From assembly GCA_963748825.1 (NCBI GenBank), contig CAVVKN010000010.1, forward strand, positions 64,001 through 128,000: 64,000 bases of DNA, read 5' to 3'. Below the pieces are notes generated by a model, which did no database searches, was not told the origin of the DNA, and saw only the letters and a list, made by a program, of their open reading frames with translations. Positions 10,112 to 21,332 of the stretch are shown piece after piece. A program made the translations under genes and the position numbers. This DNA comes from Methanotrichaceae archaeon. Its GTDB lineage: Archaea > Halobacteriota > Methanosarcinia > Methanotrichales > Methanotrichaceae. How positions within the stretch are numbered: position 1 is the first letter of the stretch; each line of letters opens with the position of its first letter.

Positions 10112-13090
10112 TCAGCATTTTTTTTTTGGGCAGCCCTTGCCGCAAGCCACCAGAGCGGCCCTCAGCATCTCTATCTTGACCGGCTTGCTTACGTAGCCAT
10201 CCATGCCTGCAGCCAAACACATATCTCGATCGCCCTTGAGGGCAGAAGCGGTCATAGCGATGATCACTGGTCGCTCCCGATCCGGCCATCTTTGACGTAT
10301 CGCCTGGGTAGCTTCCAGGCCATCCATTTCCGGCATCTGCACGTCCATTAACACCACATCGTAATGCTGGCGCTCCAGGGCCTGCAAGACCGCGATGCCG
10401 TTGGCCGCCACATCTGCCCTGTATCCCAGCTTATTGAGCATTTTCTGCGTCACAATCTGGTTAACCAAGTTATCCTCGGCCAGCAGTATGCTCAAACCTT
10501 TATCGAGATCTCCCTGGACATCGACCCTCGATGCATGCCTACCGATTTCAATAGGCCCACAGAGGGTCGGTTCCACCAGGATTGTGAAGTGAAAAGTAGA
10601 CCCCTTGCCAACCTCACTCAGAGCCCACATCTTTCCTCCCATCAGCTCAGCTAGCCTCTTGCTTATGGCCAGTCCGAGGCCAGTGCCCCCGTACCGGCGC
10701 GCTGTCGATGCATCGACCTGACTGAACGACTGGAATAGGCGCCCCATCTTATCCTCTGGAATGCCGATTCCCATATCTTTTACAGCAAAATGGATTTCAT
10801 AGTTGCCGTCTTCTACCGCTCTGCCTGAAACAGAGATGATGATTTTGCCTTTTTCTGTAAACTTCACTGCGTTATTGAGTAAATTAATCAAGATCTGATT
10901 GACCCTGGTGGGATCGCCCAGGATCACCGTTGGAACATAGTCTTCGAAGGTGTACTCTATGTCCAGACCCTTCCGGTTGGCATCCGCGGCCACCATATCC
11001 AGAGACACATCAAGGCAGTCATGCAGGTCAAAAGGCTGGCACTCCAGTTCAATCATCTCCGTTTCGATCTTAGTGAGATCGAGGATGTTGTTGATGATGG
11101 TGAGAAGCGTATCTCCACTGCTGCGGATGATTTCAACATACTCCCTCTGACTCTTCGTGAGGTCCTCATCCAGCAGAAAGCCGGTCATGCCTATTACGGC
11201 ATTCATGGGCGTGCGGATCTCGTGGCTCATATTGGCCAGGAATTCGGATTTGGCTCGCGTGGCGGATTCTGCTTTCTCCTTGGCCCTCTGCAGATCCTTC
11301 TCATTGCGTTTTCGATCTGTGATGTCACGGATGGATTCGATCGCCCCCCAGTAGTTTCCGTCAGAGTCATAGAGAGCCGATGCACTTCCCAGGAGATAGG
11401 TTTCATTTCCGCGCAGATTAGGGATGTAGGCTTCGGCATCGAGAGTGCCGTCTTCTTGCCTCTTCATAGTATCATATCTGTTTTCAAAAATCTGATCTGA
11501 TCCGCGTACTGCATCTATCAGTATCGGTCTGCGCTCACCATAGAAGGGCAGAGCGTATTCATAATCACCCTTTCCCAGGATCTGCTCGGACTTGACGCAG
11601 GTCATCATCTCCATCGATTGGTTCCAGGATATGACTCTTCCTTCTTTGTCGATGACGAATGTCGCATCAGGGAGGAAGTTTATTATGCTCGCAAGAAGAC
11701 GCTCGGACTCTTTCAGAGCGCACTCAGCTTTCTTGCGATCGCTGATGTTTAGAGCTACGTGGACCACTCCCGTGACCATCTCCCTGGCATCCTTGATAGG
11801 ACTGCTCCGAGATAGCCAGGTCTTGCCGTCAGGGGTGATCAATTCTCCTTCTTGGGATTGACCAGTCTGCAGGGCCTTGAAGGCTGTGCAGCCTTCACAG
11901 GGCGTATCGATTCCCTGGATGATCTCAAAGCAGTGTTTTTCCTTGATTTCGTCCTCAGGGATGCCGAGATGCTCTTTAACTGAAGAATTAACCCAGATGA
12001 TGCGCATCTGAGGATCGAGGTATTCTACTGCCACTTTTTTCAGGCCGCTAAGAATTGCGGTTTTTTCCTTTTCCGATTGATTGCTTTCATCAAAAACCAC
12101 CTTCTGACGGATGAACATCAGACCAATGAGGAGTCCGAGGGTGGCGGTTACCATAGAATAGTTGATGGGACGTGAGAATTCCTGGCCCCAGACGAAGAGC
12201 AAAAAGACGGCACTGATCCCAAGGAAGGGCAAGTTGTGAGTCCAATCTGCCCTCCTGCTTTGAACAAGGCCCGAAGCTCTAGATCTATCCAATGGCGAAG
12301 TGTTTATCTGCAGAATTCCTGCCAGCCCCAGGAGTAGGTAACTCACCACCCAGCCGCTATCGAGGAGGCTGCCGGAGACGAATGTTCCCTGCTGTATCTG
12401 AATGCTGAAGATCACATCCGCTAATATTAATATCGCACTGCTGAGAGCCAGAATAATGATGAGACCCTGTTCACGAGAGTCGAGCTTTCTGAAGAGCAGC
12501 TCTATGAGGGCGATGAAAAGGAGCAAGTCCATGACGGGGTAAGCCAGCGAAACCGCAGATTCCAGATCAAATACTTCTATGGAAATAGCAATAGGGGCAA
12601 TTAGTAAGACCCAGAATATCGAAGTGACTGATACAATAACGATCGCAGCATCCAGCAGGATCTTAATTTTCTCCCGAGGAGAAAACGGTACCTCCGGCAG
12701 AAGAAATATGCCCAAAGCGAAGAGAGGGTAGAACATGAGGTAGCCGATGTCCGCCACCGATGGAAACGGATTCTGATGGAGGACGAACTCGATCACAGAC
12801 CAGGATAAATCCCCAAGAGTGTTGAACAACATGGCGGCAGCAATCATTATCCAGGCTTTTCTGGCCCTGCCCACTGATCGACGCGCTGTGTAAAACAAGG
12901 CGGCGGCAGCCAGCCCGCTGGTCATAGTTACAAATCCATCCTCAATTGGAAGGAGGTTCTCATTTCTCTCGCTGAGAACCACCAGTGTCAGGTGAAGCAG
13001 CATGATTGTGGCGGCCAGAATAATGGCGGTGCGAAAAGATAAAAACTTATCACCTTCAGAATCCAACATCTTGATCTCAGTTCCTCCCAA
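10112..13090 (-). CDS. Membrane hybrid sensor histidine kinase (multi-TM, 2 PAS, HisKA, HATPase, REC)
   Basis: [40 protein letters not shown]...[12 protein letters not shown]; hydrophobic N-terminal ~330 aa. Confidence 0.95.
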   Translation of the reverse strand: MGGTEIKMLDSEGDKFLSFRTAIILAATIMLLHLTLVVLSERNENLLPIEDGFVTMTSGLAAAALFYTARRSVGRARKAWIMIAAAMLFNTLGDLSWSVIEFVLHQNPFPSVADIGYLMFYPLFALGIFLLPEVPFSPREKIKILLDAAIVIVSVTSIFWVLLIAPIAISIEVFDLESAVSLAYPVMDLLLFIALIELLFRKLDSREQGLIIILALSSAILILADVIFSIQIQQGTFVSGSLLDSGWVVSYLLLGLAGILQINTSPLDRSRASGLVQSRRADWTHNLPFLGISAVFLLFVWGQEFSRPINYSMVTATLGLLIGLMFIRQKVVFDESNQSEKEKTAILSGLKKVAVEYLDPQMRIIWVNSSVKEHLGIPEDEIKEKHCFEIIQGIDTPCEGCTAFKALQTGQSQEGELITPDGKTWLSRSSPIKDAREMVTGVVHVALNISDRKKAECALKESERLLASIINFLPDATFVIDKEGRVISWNQSMEMMTCVKSEQILGKGDYEYALPFYGERRPILIDAVRGSDQIFENRYDTMKRQEDGTLDAEAYIPNLRGNETYLLGSASALYDSDGNYWGAIESIRDITDRKRNEKDLQRAKEKAESATRAKSEFLANMSHEIRTPMNAVIGMTGFLLDEDLTKSQREYVEIIRSSGDTLLTIINNILDLTKIETEMIELECQPFDLHDCLDVSLDMVAADANRKGLDIEYTFEDYVPTVILGDPTRVNQILINLLNNAVKFTEKGKIIISVSGRAVEDGNYEIHFAVKDMGIGIPEDKMGRLFQSFSQVDASTARRYGGTGLGLAISKRLAELMGGKMWALSEVGKGSTFHFTILVEPTLCGPIEIGRHASRVDVQGDLDKGLSILLAEDNLVNQIVTQKMLNKLGYRADVAANGIAVLQALERQHYDVVLMDVQMPEMDGLEATQAIRQRWPDRERPVIIAMTASALKGDRDMCLAAGMDGYVSKPVKIEMLRAALVACGKGCPKKKC

Positions 13091-13675
13091 TCATTCGAGA
13101 TAGAAGAACTTAACGAAAAAGCTTTTGGTAGTTTGGCATTCAATGGGTAAAATTGCCGAAAGAGTGATATAATAAAATAAAGTCAAGCCAATCGTTTTTT
13201 AGCTTTGGTTAGAACAGATTTGAGAATAAGGGCCGGTCTGGTCATTCTAACCGCATTTAGTATCTTTAAGCCATTGGCCCGCGCTTTGGGCATCTGAGAC
13301 GGTCATATAATAAATATCGTATTTTAATCTAAGCCGCTCTGCTCTATTTGCGCATTGGGGCAACACCACCTGCGATTCCGCTTGACTTGAACACAGGCGA
13401 CCCTTGCTCCGGGCTGGCCCCTTGCGTGCATTTCCTCCGCCGACCCTTGCATACAGCTAATCCCAAGCCAAGCTTCCCGAATGCCCATCACCAGCCTCCA
13501 GGCCTGAGCGGATCTCGCGGACGTTATTGGGACCCAAACGAGTATGACTGATTTTACTGGTAAGATCAAGGCTGACTTGAGATATCCCAGGCCCAGTCGC
13601 GCCTGCGCAGGATGCAAGCAAGATGATACTTGCAGCCTGCCTGGGATCTTAAGCAGATACTTGTTAACGAAATGG

Positions 13676-15403
13676 CTAACCTGTAACTGCAATCCGGTCC
13701 ATCCGCCCGGGCGAGACTGGCGAGAATGCCTGGAAGTATTCTATAAAGGCATCCAGATCGCCAATCCCGCATACCCTATTCTCTCCAGCACTAAAGACTG
13801 CAAAGTTATCTCCCCCATCCGCCAGGAAGTTGTTGGCAGCAATGCGATAACTGCCCTTCGGATCTAGGGATTTTCCATTGACCTTGATGGAGTTGATATC
13901 GACCTTCTGGCCGGAAGGAGCGCTTCTGTTCCAGGTGTAGTTGAAGCCACGAGAGACCTGAAGGATGCTATTTGTCCCAGGGGCCGGATTGTCAAACTGC
14001 TTCTCCAGCAGCTCATCGATCTGGCTGCCGGTCAGATTCATGGTAATTATGTCATTGCTAAAGGGCTGCACGCTGAAAGCTTCGCCGTAAGTCACATTGC
14101 CTGGCCCTTCGTTCTTGCTCGCCTTGTAAATTAGATCGGTACGTATTCCACCAATATTCATGAAAGCGACTACCGCGCCCTCTTGGCCAGCAGAGTAGAG
14201 CTGTGTATCGGCAATGACATCGCCTAAAGCCGATTCACCGGAATTGCTCGGCTTTTTGGAAATATCAGCGGTTATAGATCCAATTACCTCTTGGGCCAGA
14301 GGCTGCGCCAATATCGAGTACTTTTCTACTATTTCTGAAACATCTGCATCTTCAGGTACGTCGCGGGTGACGGCTACGTTCTTGGCTCTGGCCAAAAGAA
14401 CGTCTCCTGTTTCTTTGCTGATTACTAGATCGATGTCGGTAAGGAACTTGCCTTGAGAGCCTGCCTGAGTCACGACGCGTCCGTCAATGGTGGATACATA
14501 AGACTGATGAGTATGTCCCGTGACGAATACATCCACCTCTTTATCGCTGCGTTTGACAATATCAATGATAGATCCTGAGAAATTTTTGCTCTCGCTGGGC
14601 AGCCCCACCTGTTTGCCACCATCATGAATCAGGACTATTATTGTCTTTATTCCCTTTTCCTTCAGTTCCCGAACAACGGCATTAATCGAATCAGCCTCAT
14701 CCAGGAACTCCAGGCCGCGGACGCCGGATGGCGCAACAATGGTGGGAGTATCTTTCAAGGATACGCCAATGAAAGCCACCGGGATTCCATCTATGTCCTG
14801 TATTTTGTAGGGCGGAAAGAGCGTGCAGTTAGTACTACTATTGACCACGTTTGCCGTGAGGTAATTGTAGCCCGCTCCCACAAAGCGATCTTTATCCTGG
14901 CAGCCATCGACCTTGTTGCAACAGCCGTACTGCATGCGCTGCAGCTCCAATGCCCCTTTGTCGAATTCATGGTTGCCCACTGCGGAATAGTCCAGACCGA
15001 TCTCGCTTAATGCCTCAATGGTAGGTTCGTCGTGAAAAAGCGCCGAAACCAGTGGGCTTGCGCCAATGCAATCCCCGGCAGAAACAATAACGGTATTAGG
15101 ATTGGTGGCTTTTAGCGCCTTGATCTGGGTGGCCAGGTAAGACGCTCCCCCAACTGCCACCTTAAAAGGATAATTGGTGATGTTATAGTAGAGAGTCAGG
15201 TTGCCGGAGGGTGGCTCAAGCTGGCCGTGAAAATCATTTAAGGCCACTATCTGAAGCTCAACGGTCTCTTCAGTCGAATTAACAGGTGCACAGGTTGCTA
15301 TGGAAGTGCCAAGTGCCAGAAGTGTGACAATCAATAGACTGCATTTTACAAGAGAAAATTTTAATCGTTTATAAATTGATTTAAAACTTAATATATTTAT
15401 CAA
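13676..15403 (-). CDS. Secreted bifunctional metallophosphatase/5'-nucleotidase
   Basis: NDFHG, SAGD, GNHEFD, GHTH motifs; NIGGIR and PFSN in the C-terminal domain; N-terminal signal. Confidence 0.93.
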   Translation of the reverse strand: MINILSFKSIYKRLKFSLVKCSLLIVTLLALGTSIATCAPVNSTEETVELQIVALNDFHGQLEPPSGNLTLYYNITNYPFKVAVGGASYLATQIKALKATNPNTVIVSAGDCIGASPLVSALFHDEPTIEALSEIGLDYSAVGNHEFDKGALELQRMQYGCCNKVDGCQDKDRFVGAGYNYLTANVVNSSTNCTLFPPYKIQDIDGIPVAFIGVSLKDTPTIVAPSGVRGLEFLDEADSINAVVRELKEKGIKTIIVLIHDGGKQVGLPSESKNFSGSIIDIVKRSDKEVDVFVTGHTHQSYVSTIDGRVVTQAGSQGKFLTDIDLVISKETGDVLLARAKNVAVTRDVPEDADVSEIVEKYSILAQPLAQEVIGSITADISKKPSNSGESALGDVIADTQLYSAGQEGAVVAFMNIGGIRTDLIYKASKNEGPGNVTYGEAFSVQPFSNDIITMNLTGSQIDELLEKQFDNPAPGTNSILQVSRGFNYTWNRSAPSGQKVDINSIKVNGKSLDPKGSYRIAANNFLADGGDNFAVFSAGENRVCGIGDLDAFIEYFQAFSPVSPGRMDRIAVTG

Positions 15404-15487
15404 TTTAAATCCTCCTGATCATGTGATCTTACAGGAAATTACTTCTTACAAATAAACTTTGCCAAAAAAGAATTTTGCTTTATTTTA

Positions 15488-15724
15488 ATGTTGAGTCTAT
15501 GATTTTTATTAGTGGCCTTATGTCTATCCTTTAACATCGCTGCAGATGCGAGGCATCCTGAGGTTGGTGATTACGTCCGGGTAAGCTACAACATCGGGGC
15601 TGGGCCGAGCGTGTCCTACGAAGGAAACATAACGGACATCGAGGATAGCCTGATCTGCTTGAATTGCTCCCAGATGGTAGCGATGAATGGACACGGGGAA
15701 GGGGCAGGTCCTGAAGGGGTTTAA
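15488..15724 (+). pseudogene. Small secreted-protein gene fragment
   Basis: Hydrophobic signal-like start interrupted by an in-frame TGA (MLSL*FLLVALCL), then ~65 aa with ICLNC. Confidence 0.35.
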
Positions 15725-15942
15725 TATCCATTCGATGATGCCATTAAGCGTGCTCCCGGCCCCCTGGCGCGCGAGCGTACTCCCTGTCAGGAACCTGGCT
15801 TGATTGGTGGGGTAGATGAGGCACCCGGTGGTTCTACAGCTGCACTTCTGATACTCGGCATAGCTTCTTTCGTTGATCTGGAACTAAAATATTGACGAAC
15901 GGGTAAAGAACCAAGTTCAATACACCGTTCGGCTCTTTTGAG

Positions 15943-17508
15943 CTATGCCTCCCTCTCAAAAGCGACTTTGCTAGTAAAAACGCCTCCGATAATCTCCAGG
16001 TTATTCGCCTGGCCATCCGGCCCGATTTGGAACAGTGCAAACCCCTTCTGATCGCTTAACTCAGGCTCGGAGATACTGAAGGTATCCCTGTTCCATGGCG
16101 TTAAGAACATCTTCACATTCCCAGGGCCTGCGGTCGCTACCAGGGACTCGTTCTCCTGGCTGATGTTGATCATGCCATAGATTTGGTCGCTGTAGTTGCC
16201 CACGTATCTTTCTAAAGGCAGTGCCGGTTCGGGCGAAGTCGGTTGTTTGGGATAGCTGGCAATTGTTTGGTTCTCGATCATCTTTGTCTGATCAAGTGCT
16301 ACTGCGCTGTAATCCTTTGCCGGATTGCCGAAGTACAGATCGAAGAAGCGATAGGCAAGAGATTCGGGTAGCTCAGAATCTATATTGGATAATACCACAA
16401 TCCCTATGTCGGCCTGGGGAACGAAAGCCACCATGCTATGATGACCCAGAGTCCCTCCGTTATGCCAGATGATTGGATAGGGCTTTGACTCCCGGTATAC
16501 CCAGCCTAGACAATAGTATGCGTTGTTCGCAGACGCCAGCGGGCTTACAATGGTCTTGGGTGAGTGCATGTAAAGGGTGCTGTTCTCACTTAAGAGCTGT
16601 TGGCCCTCAAAGCTGCCGTTGTGCATCTGCAGGCGCAGCCATTTGGTCATATCAATTATGTTGGAGTTGATCCCGCCGGCTGGGCCGTAGATGTAGACCC
16701 AATCCATGTATCTCCAGTCCATGGGCAAGGCAGTGACACTTCCGTTTCTAATCTGATGCAGATAGGCCACGTCTTCGGCCTGCTGGAAAGATTTCATGTC
16801 CACAGTGGAGTTGGACATTCCCAGTGGCTGGAAGATCTTCTTCTGGACGTTCTCTTCCCAGCTCTCATCAGTCAGGTTTTCCACCAGCTTTGCGGTGGCC
16901 AGGAATAAAGTGTTCTGGTAGGCATAGGCAGAGCGGAAACTGGTCTCAGGCTCTGTATAGCGCAATGACCGCACCAGGTAATCACGATCATAGCCCAGGG
17001 TAACCAGATCATCTCCGGTGTGCGCTGGCAACCCGCTGCGCTGTGCCATTAGATCCGTCACTGTGAACTCCCTGGTGACCCAGGGATCATACATCTTGAA
17101 GTCCGAAAGGTGATCTATCACCCTGTCGTCCCATTTAACCTTCCCAGCATCCACCTGCATGGCCACCAGGGCGGCGGTAAATGCCTTGGAGGTAGATCCT
17201 ATCTGAAAGATGGTGTCGGGAGTAACTCGGTCGCTGGAATCCACTTTTTTAACACCAAAGGTTTTGAGGTATACGGTTTCGTTCCCACGAACGATGGCCA
17301 CAGCCATACCGGGAACCTTCCAGTCGTTCATGCCCATCTCGGCGTACTGTTCGAAATCATTAAGGATCTCATTGAGCTTGGCTTCGTCAGGTGCCTGGGG
17401 TAGGCCACTAGAGGCAAACGTGCTGTTCGAGGCTCCTAGGCAGCATCCCAGGAGCAGTAGAAACGCTATGAATCCGGCCATAATTGGTCGGGCCAATCTT
17501 CGGGTCAT
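15943..17508 (-). CDS. Secreted serine hydrolase, AmpC/beta-lactamase-like with DUF3471-like C-terminus
   Basis: SxxK (GSTSK), YxN (YQN), HNGG, PAGGINS; signal peptide. Confidence 0.92.
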   Translation of the reverse strand: MTRRLARPIMAGFIAFLLLLGCCLGASNSTFASSGLPQAPDEAKLNEILNDFEQYAEMGMNDWKVPGMAVAIVRGNETVYLKTFGVKKVDSSDRVTPDTIFQIGSTSKAFTAALVAMQVDAGKVKWDDRVIDHLSDFKMYDPWVTREFTVTDLMAQRSGLPAHTGDDLVTLGYDRDYLVRSLRYTEPETSFRSAYAYQNTLFLATAKLVENLTDESWEENVQKKIFQPLGMSNSTVDMKSFQQAEDVAYLHQIRNGSVTALPMDWRYMDWVYIYGPAGGINSNIIDMTKWLRLQMHNGSFEGQQLLSENSTLYMHSPKTIVSPLASANNAYYCLGWVYRESKPYPIIWHNGGTLGHHSMVAFVPQADIGIVVLSNIDSELPESLAYRFFDLYFGNPAKDYSAVALDQTKMIENQTIASYPKQPTSPEPALPLERYVGNYSDQIYGMINISQENESLVATAGPGNVKMFLTPWNRDTFSISEPELSDQKGFALFQIGPDGQANNLEIIGGVFTSKVAFEREA

Positions 17509-17944
17509 TTTTTCCCTCCTTAGATATTCGAGCCTTCAGAGGAATTTTACATAGTGATTCTGCAGGCCCTAATTAATAATAGAATTTTTAGCTATTTAAA
17601 TTTAATTAAATCATCTGAATCAAATTATGAAGTGAGAATAATCATCGTAATAATAGCTGCTTTAAAGATGTTTATGATGAGTTGCCAAATTACGTGCGAA
17701 TTTATCATCAAAATCGCAGATAATGTCATAGAACCGATGGCGTCGAAGGACTTGGGGAGCTGCAAAAGCTGCCATGATATAGTTGAATACGCATGCCCTT
17801 TATCCCAGCCGCTGCAAGCAGCGGGGTATTACGTTTAAAAATAATTGTTCGGTTTTATCTGCAAATGCTTGGCACACCGCAGAGTATATTTCATTTGATT
17901 CCAATGAGCCTAATACAAAGCTCAATCGCATGAGGCAGAAAAAT

Positions 17945-19024
17945 ATGGGTGTATCGGCCACAAAGGTTGTTTTATTATGCGTATTCCTCTTCTTAGGAAT
18001 GGTACTGCCGGGAATTTTAATGCAGCCCGAAGCATCTTTACAGGCCTGGGATGTGAAAGAGAGCGACTTTCCCACCAATTCCAGCTCGGTGGAGAAGCTG
18101 ACCTTCCTGCTCAATTATGCCATACTAGCGCCCTCCAGCCATAACAGCCAGCCCTGGATGTTTAACGTCTCAGAGGGCAATATCCGGGTGTTCGCCGATA
18201 AATCTGGATGGCTGAAGGTCGCAGATGCCGATCGAAGGGAGCAATACCTAAGCCTCGGCTGTGCCCTGGAAAATCTGATTATCGCAGCTGAGCATTTCGG
18301 CTACAACTGCAGCGTTTCCTACTTCCCCGGCCCGGACGACCATGTGGCTACAGTCTCACTGCTGACCAACTCAAGGCCTCCCTCGGATTCCCGGCTCTTT
18401 TATGCCATAACTTCCCGCCAGACCAACCGCAATCCTTACGAGCCGCAGGCTATCTCGGAAGCCGATTTGGAGACGATCAAGAGCCTCAGCTCCGATCCTG
18501 ACGTAGGGATCTTCATAACCCGCGATTCTGCCATTAAGAAAAGCTTCCGGGATCTTGTAGTCCAGGCAAATGGCATTCAGTATTCCGATGTCAACTTTAA
18601 GAGCGAGCTGGGCCGCTGGCTGGGCCTGGGCGTCATGGGGCCCACAGGTATTGAGGCCAAGATGGCTCAGATGGCGGTTGTCTTTTTAGATGTGGGACCC
18701 GAGCAAACTAAAAAGGACGCTGATCTGATCAACAGCACACAGTACCTGGGCTTCATCAGCACAGCAAATAACGATCGCATATCATCCATCAAGGCGGGAA
18801 GGACCCTGGAGCGTTTCTGGCTTGCCGCCACAGCTCTGGGCATAGGCTTGCATCCCATGAGCCAGGCACTGGAGGTGCCTCAGACAAAGGCAAATCTGAC
18901 CGTTCTCTTGCCTGCCCAATCAGGGATGTTGCAGGTGCAACAGGCCTTCCGGCTGGGCTATGCCAAGTCGACCTCGGAGCATTCGACAAGAAGGCCGCTG
19001 CAGGAAGTGCTGATAACGCAGTAA
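17945..19024 (+). CDS. Acg-family FMN-binding nitroreductase with N-terminal membrane/signal segment (start 17930 or 17945)
   Basis: APSSHNSQPW, SLGCALENL, RQTNR, AGRTLERFWLAAT, FRLGY. Confidence 0.88.
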   Translation: MGVSATKVVLLCVFLFLGMVLPGILMQPEASLQAWDVKESDFPTNSSSVEKLTFLLNYAILAPSSHNSQPWMFNVSEGNIRVFADKSGWLKVADADRREQYLSLGCALENLIIAAEHFGYNCSVSYFPGPDDHVATVSLLTNSRPPSDSRLFYAITSRQTNRNPYEPQAISEADLETIKSLSSDPDVGIFITRDSAIKKSFRDLVVQANGIQYSDVNFKSELGRWLGLGVMGPTGIEAKMAQMAVVFLDVGPEQTKKDADLINSTQYLGFISTANNDRISSIKAGRTLERFWLAATALGIGLHPMSQALEVPQTKANLTVLLPAQSGMLQVQQAFRLGYAKSTSEHSTRRPLQEVLITQ

Positions 19025-19102
19025 AGCAGACAGAAAACAAAATAGAAGACAAAAAAGAAACGGCTTCCGATCATCCGAAAGCCGTTTTCACCAATTTCCT
19101 TC

Positions 19103-21220
19103 TCACCTTTGCCCTCCCTTCATAGTCGGTCCAGCGAAGCCTTCCAGCTTCTTTAGTATCGCCTCTTCTTGCTCCAGTGTGCTGTCGCCGATGGCCTGCG
19201 ACTCCATCTGGAAGTAATCCCGGAACCTGCCAAACAACTCCGGATAGGGCTCGGAGACGGCCAGGGGCAAAGATTGCCGCTCCCACTCACCCAGCTCTAT
19301 TGGGATGACAATTCCATTGGCTAATGTCACAGACGGCACGATCTTCCAGCCCTTATCTGCCGCCTTCCTCTCGTCTATCATCCAGTTCTTGAGCAGATCC
19401 GCATATCGAGAGAGAAGCACGGCTTTTCTTATGCCGCCGTTCTGGTAGAAATCGGCACTTGCTTCTGCCATATCCACTTCGGCTTCATCGCGATCTAGCA
19501 CTCCATTTCTATCCTGATAGCTTACGGCAAGCCGCATGTTCCCAACATTGGAGAGCTTCTTCAGCTTCACCAAAATCACTCCGCCCTTAACCTGGCCCTC
19601 CTCGGCCTTGGAGGGGAAGAGGGTATTGACTTTCATGAGCTCGCCCGTGGCCTGGTCCGCCTCAGGGGAGCCGTAGACCTTCTCAATCTCGTAGCCCGGC
19701 GCATCCAGCTTGAGGCGCAGATCAAAGACCAGCGGCGTGACCATGAAGTCGAACTCATCGTCCATGCGCTTCTTGAATTCGCCGGCAGAGTGAACCGAGT
19801 AGTAGTTGGCTCCCTTGATCTTGGTGATGCTCTCCACCAGCTCAGTATTGAAGTCCACGCCGATGCCGATGAATGTGGTGTAGATTCCCTGATCGGCATT
19901 ATCCTCCAGCATGCGGTAGAGCCCCAGGTCGCCAGTCTCCCCCATGTTGGGCATGGCGTCGGTCAAAAAGATTATCCTGTTCTCGTACTCTGATTTGTCG
20001 GCCTGCAGGAACCGATCGAAGAGGGCGGTCCCCTCCTCCATTCCCGCCTCCATGTTTGTCCCGTACGTCTCCTGGATCTTGAGGATGCGGCTCTTCAGGC
20101 GATCCTGGTCTTTGTCAGCCACGCTGGTGAGCGGATCGACCAGGAAGGCATCATCGCTGAATATAACCAGCCCGAAGCGATCCTCCGGCTTGAGGTGGCT
20201 CAGGAGAGCGACCACCGACTCATCGGCAATCTGCATCTTGGTCTTGCTCATGCTCGATTCGTCCCCTTTCTGCTCTACCTTATTGCCGAAGCGGTCGTAG
20301 TAGTATTCATCGAAGGGGCTGCCCATGGAGCCGGAGAAGTCCAGCACCACCACGAGGTTAAGCTTCTTTCTCTGGAAATCCGTTATTCCGGAGTTCAGGC
20401 CCACCGAGAGATAGTATTGCGGCTGTAGTGAAAAGGGATCTTTAGAGACCGCATAGCTGTAGGAAGGGCAGAAGAGCTTATTGCATTCCTTTGCTGCGCC
20501 GGTATCAAAGTAGTAATCATAAAACAGGCCCTCGTAGGTCACGTCGCTTGGCAAGGGCAAATAGTCCTGCTTGATGTTCTCCCGGAAGCTGCTGATGTCC
20601 TTGGCGCCGCCCGCAGAAAAACCGATGCTGGGGCTCGCTGCCATAGCAGGAGAGGCCATGCTGTAGGACATGCGCGGCGCGCTGCCAATGGCTTTTGAGA
20701 CTCCGCCGGCTCCGGCAGCCATGGGCGCAGTTTCCTCTGCAGCCTGAGATTCCTGGACAAGGAGTTTTACGGAATTGCTCTTTGCCGTAGCTTCTTCTAC
20801 AGTAAACCACAGCTCATAATCTCCTTCCAGTCCGGCCTGGTACCATGCCGTGTAGCTCTTGCCCTTCTCCACCGAAGCGTTGAGGATTGTGGCAACAGAG
20901 CCCGTGGGGTAGAGGCTGAAGAGCTGCAGCTCTCCGCTTGCCTCCGGCATCAGCCGAAGTTGTGCCCAATTGCCGGTGGGGATCTCCAAGGAGGTGCGCG
21001 ACTGCTTGCCCGTGGAATCGACTATCACAAGGCTGCTTTTATCCGGCAGTGCGCTTATCGATCCATCCTCCACAAGCTGAGCAGAGTCTTTGGGAGTCTC
21101 GTAAGTGTACCAACTGGATTCCTGATCCGATGCAGGAAGTGACGAATCCGAAGCTGTACCGGGATACAGGCAGATGATAGCAATTGCTGCCAATGGTATT
21201 ATTATCCGATTGATTTTCAT
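19103..21220 (-). CDS. Secreted VWA-domain protein
   Basis: MIDAS DFSGS, GTNME, IIFLTD, IGIGVDFN; signal peptide from ATG 21220 (MKINRIIIPLAA). The longer ORF call overlaps glgP. Confidence 0.88.
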   Translation of the reverse strand: MKINRIIIPLAAIAIICLYPGTASDSSLPASDQESSWYTYETPKDSAQLVEDGSISALPDKSSLVIVDSTGKQSRTSLEIPTGNWAQLRLMPEASGELQLFSLYPTGSVATILNASVEKGKSYTAWYQAGLEGDYELWFTVEEATAKSNSVKLLVQESQAAEETAPMAAGAGGVSKAIGSAPRMSYSMASPAMAASPSIGFSAGGAKDISSFRENIKQDYLPLPSDVTYEGLFYDYYFDTGAAKECNKLFCPSYSYAVSKDPFSLQPQYYLSVGLNSGITDFQRKKLNLVVVLDFSGSMGSPFDEYYYDRFGNKVEQKGDESSMSKTKMQIADESVVALLSHLKPEDRFGLVIFSDDAFLVDPLTSVADKDQDRLKSRILKIQETYGTNMEAGMEEGTALFDRFLQADKSEYENRIIFLTDAMPNMGETGDLGLYRMLEDNADQGIYTTFIGIGVDFNTELVESITKIKGANYYSVHSAGEFKKRMDDEFDFMVTPLVFDLRLKLDAPGYEIEKVYGSPEADQATGELMKVNTLFPSKAEEGQVKGGVILVKLKKLSNVGNMRLAVSYQDRNGVLDRDEAEVDMAEASADFYQNGGIRKAVLLSRYADLLKNWMIDERKAADKGWKIVPSVTLANGIVIPIELGEWERQSLPLAVSEPYPELFGRFRDYFQMESQAIGDSTLEQEEAILKKLEGFAGPTMKGGQR

Positions 21221-21332
21221 AAACCCACCCATCCAGAACGATAGAATGATAACTAACACGCATTTTTTTCTATTTAAGATCACCTTTACCTTTGCACGAA
21301 AGTTTGATTTCCCATGAGCTTGATAACAAGAA

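Noticed and set aside
13324-13690. Short ORFs between the kinase and the nucleotidase
   Set aside because: Overlapping, motif-free ORFs; possibly decayed DNA but nothing assignable
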